In this document: piece by piece, positions 1 to 648 of the stretch
Position numbering within the stretch: the stretch's first letter is position 1
Layout of the letters: each line of letters begins with the position of its first letter
Assembly (NCBI RefSeq): GCF_003334385.1
Contig: NZ_QOWN01000155.1
Source of the DNA: Escherichia coli
Lineage (GTDB): Bacteria; Pseudomonadota; Gammaproteobacteria; Enterobacterales; Enterobacteriaceae
Direction: 5' to 3' (one strand)
DNA: 648 bases
Program-made: the position numbers and the translations under genes
The notes under the pieces: model-generated
What the model was told of the DNA's origin: nothing
Seen by the model: only the letters and a program-made list of their open reading frames with translations
The model's database searches: none

Positions 1-648
1 ACAGGCACGGGCACAGAACGCGCAGTATCTGAGCGAACGCCTTAAGGACCAGGCAGCCTTTTATGCCGAATCGGATGTGCAGCGTGCGGACTGGCAGAAA
101 GGGCTGCAGGAGGGGCTCAGTAACTGGGTGGACAATGCATCCGATTACGCCTCTCAGGCAGCACAGCTGGCAACGGAGGGGATTTCAGGACTGGTGAATA
201 ACATCACGGAGATGCTGAACGGAAACAAAGTGGAATGGCGCAACTGGGCCTCATCCGTACTGCAGGAAATATCAAAAGTTCTTATGAATGCGGCCATTGT
301 CAACGGAATTAAGACGGCGGCAAACGGTATGTCCGGTGCGGGAGGATTTATTGGCAGCATTGGTGACTGGCTGGGCGGTGCGGTGGCCAATGCAAAAGGC
401 GGCGTGTATACCTCGGCAAACCTGAGCGCGTACAGCAACAGTATTGTGGATACGCCCACGTACTTTGCCTTTGCAAAAGGGGCCGGGCTGATGGGGGAAG
501 CCGGACCTGAAGCCATTATGCCCCTGACCCGGGCGGCGGATGGCTCGCTGGGCGTACGCGCGGTGGGCAGTATGAACGGGAGTGCGGGTCTGGTGTATTC
601 CCCGGTCTACCACATCGCCATTCAGAATGACGGGGCCAACGGTCAGAT
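1..648 (+). CDS. Phage tail tape measure protein (lambda gpH-like), internal/C-terminal fragment; partial at both ends, codon phase begins at nt 2 (complete codons 2..646)
   Basis: Seen in sequence: the +2 frame is open across the entire window (215 codons, no stop), whereas the +1 frame hits TAA at 43-45. Codon usage is GC-rich at third positions with frequent CTG/CAG/GCG, typical of enterobacterial genes. From recalled knowledge: the translation has a QA-rich helical region with aromatics at 11-residue spacing, a Gly-rich hydrophobic segment (AANGMSGAGGFIGSIGDWLGGAVANA) and a C-proximal 'HIAIQNDGANGQ' block resembling lambda gpH's 'HVVINNDGTNGQ' region. No start or stop codon of the gene lies in the window. 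Confidence 0.88.

Noticed and set aside
43-45. Alternative + strand frame (+1) as the coding frame
   Set aside because: The +1 frame hits a TAA stop at 43-45, whereas the +2 frame runs uninterrupted through the window.
284-286. Internal ATG codons in the + strand coding frame (e.g. nt 284-286, also 212-214 and 329-331) as possible gene starts
   Set aside because: The reading frame is open and protein-like continuously upstream of each, with no stop and no intervening non-coding gap, so they are internal Met codons and not the start of a separate gene.
154-516. Minus-strand ORF of 120 aa (MASGPASPISPAPFAKAKYVGVS...) from the six-frame track
   Set aside because: It lies entirely antisense to the fully open, homology-supported + strand frame. 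Its Pro/Ala/Ser-rich, low-complexity composition is typical of a shadow ORF opposite a GC-rich gene, and it has no recognisable domain features.
272-613. Minus-strand ORF of 113 aa (MVDRGIHQTRTPVHTAHRAYAQRAIRRPGQGHNG...) from the six-frame track
   Set aside because: Same reasoning: it is antisense to the tape measure coding frame, Arg/His/Gly-rich and unlike any protein family I recognise, and it overlaps the other minus ORF in a different frame. Most likely a spurious shadow ORF.
1-648. Promoter, terminator, RBS, tRNA, CRISPR or mobile-element boundaries
   Set aside because: No intergenic region exists in the window, and I found no convincing stem-loop followed by a T-run, no repeat-spacer architecture and no terminal inverted repeats. 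Any weak promoter-like hexamers would be chance matches inside a coding sequence.

Overview
The whole 648-nt window appears to be an internal fragment of a single protein-coding gene on the + strand, read in the frame whose codons start at position 2 (215 sense codons, no stop, open at both window edges). The translation (QARAQNAQYLSERLKDQAAFYAESDVQRADWQKGLQEGLSNWVDNASDYASQAAQLATEGISGLVNNITEMLNGNKVEWRNWASSVLQEISKVLMNAAIVNGIKTAANGMSGAGGFIGSIGDWLGGAVANAKGGVYTSANLSAYSNSIVDTPTYFAFAKGAGLMGEAGPEAIMPLTRAADGSLGVRAVGSMNGSAGLVYSPVYHIAIQNDGANGQ) has the hallmarks of the C-terminal third of a lambda-like (gpH-family) phage tail tape measure protein. These are a Gln/Ala/Glu-rich helical stretch with aromatic residues every 11 positions, a Gly-rich hydrophobic segment, and an ...HIAIQNDGANGQ block resembling the region just before the C-terminus of lambda gpH as I recall it. 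The window therefore most likely lies in the tail-morphogenesis module of a lambdoid phage or prophage, probably in an enterobacterial host judging by codon style. The two minus-strand ORFs in the supplied track are best explained as antisense shadow ORFs of this gene. I see no RNA gene, repeat array, mobile-element end, promoter or terminator, and nothing supporting a novel system in this window; the interesting points are sub-features within the tape measure protein. All homology statements come from memory and reading the sequence, not from a database search.
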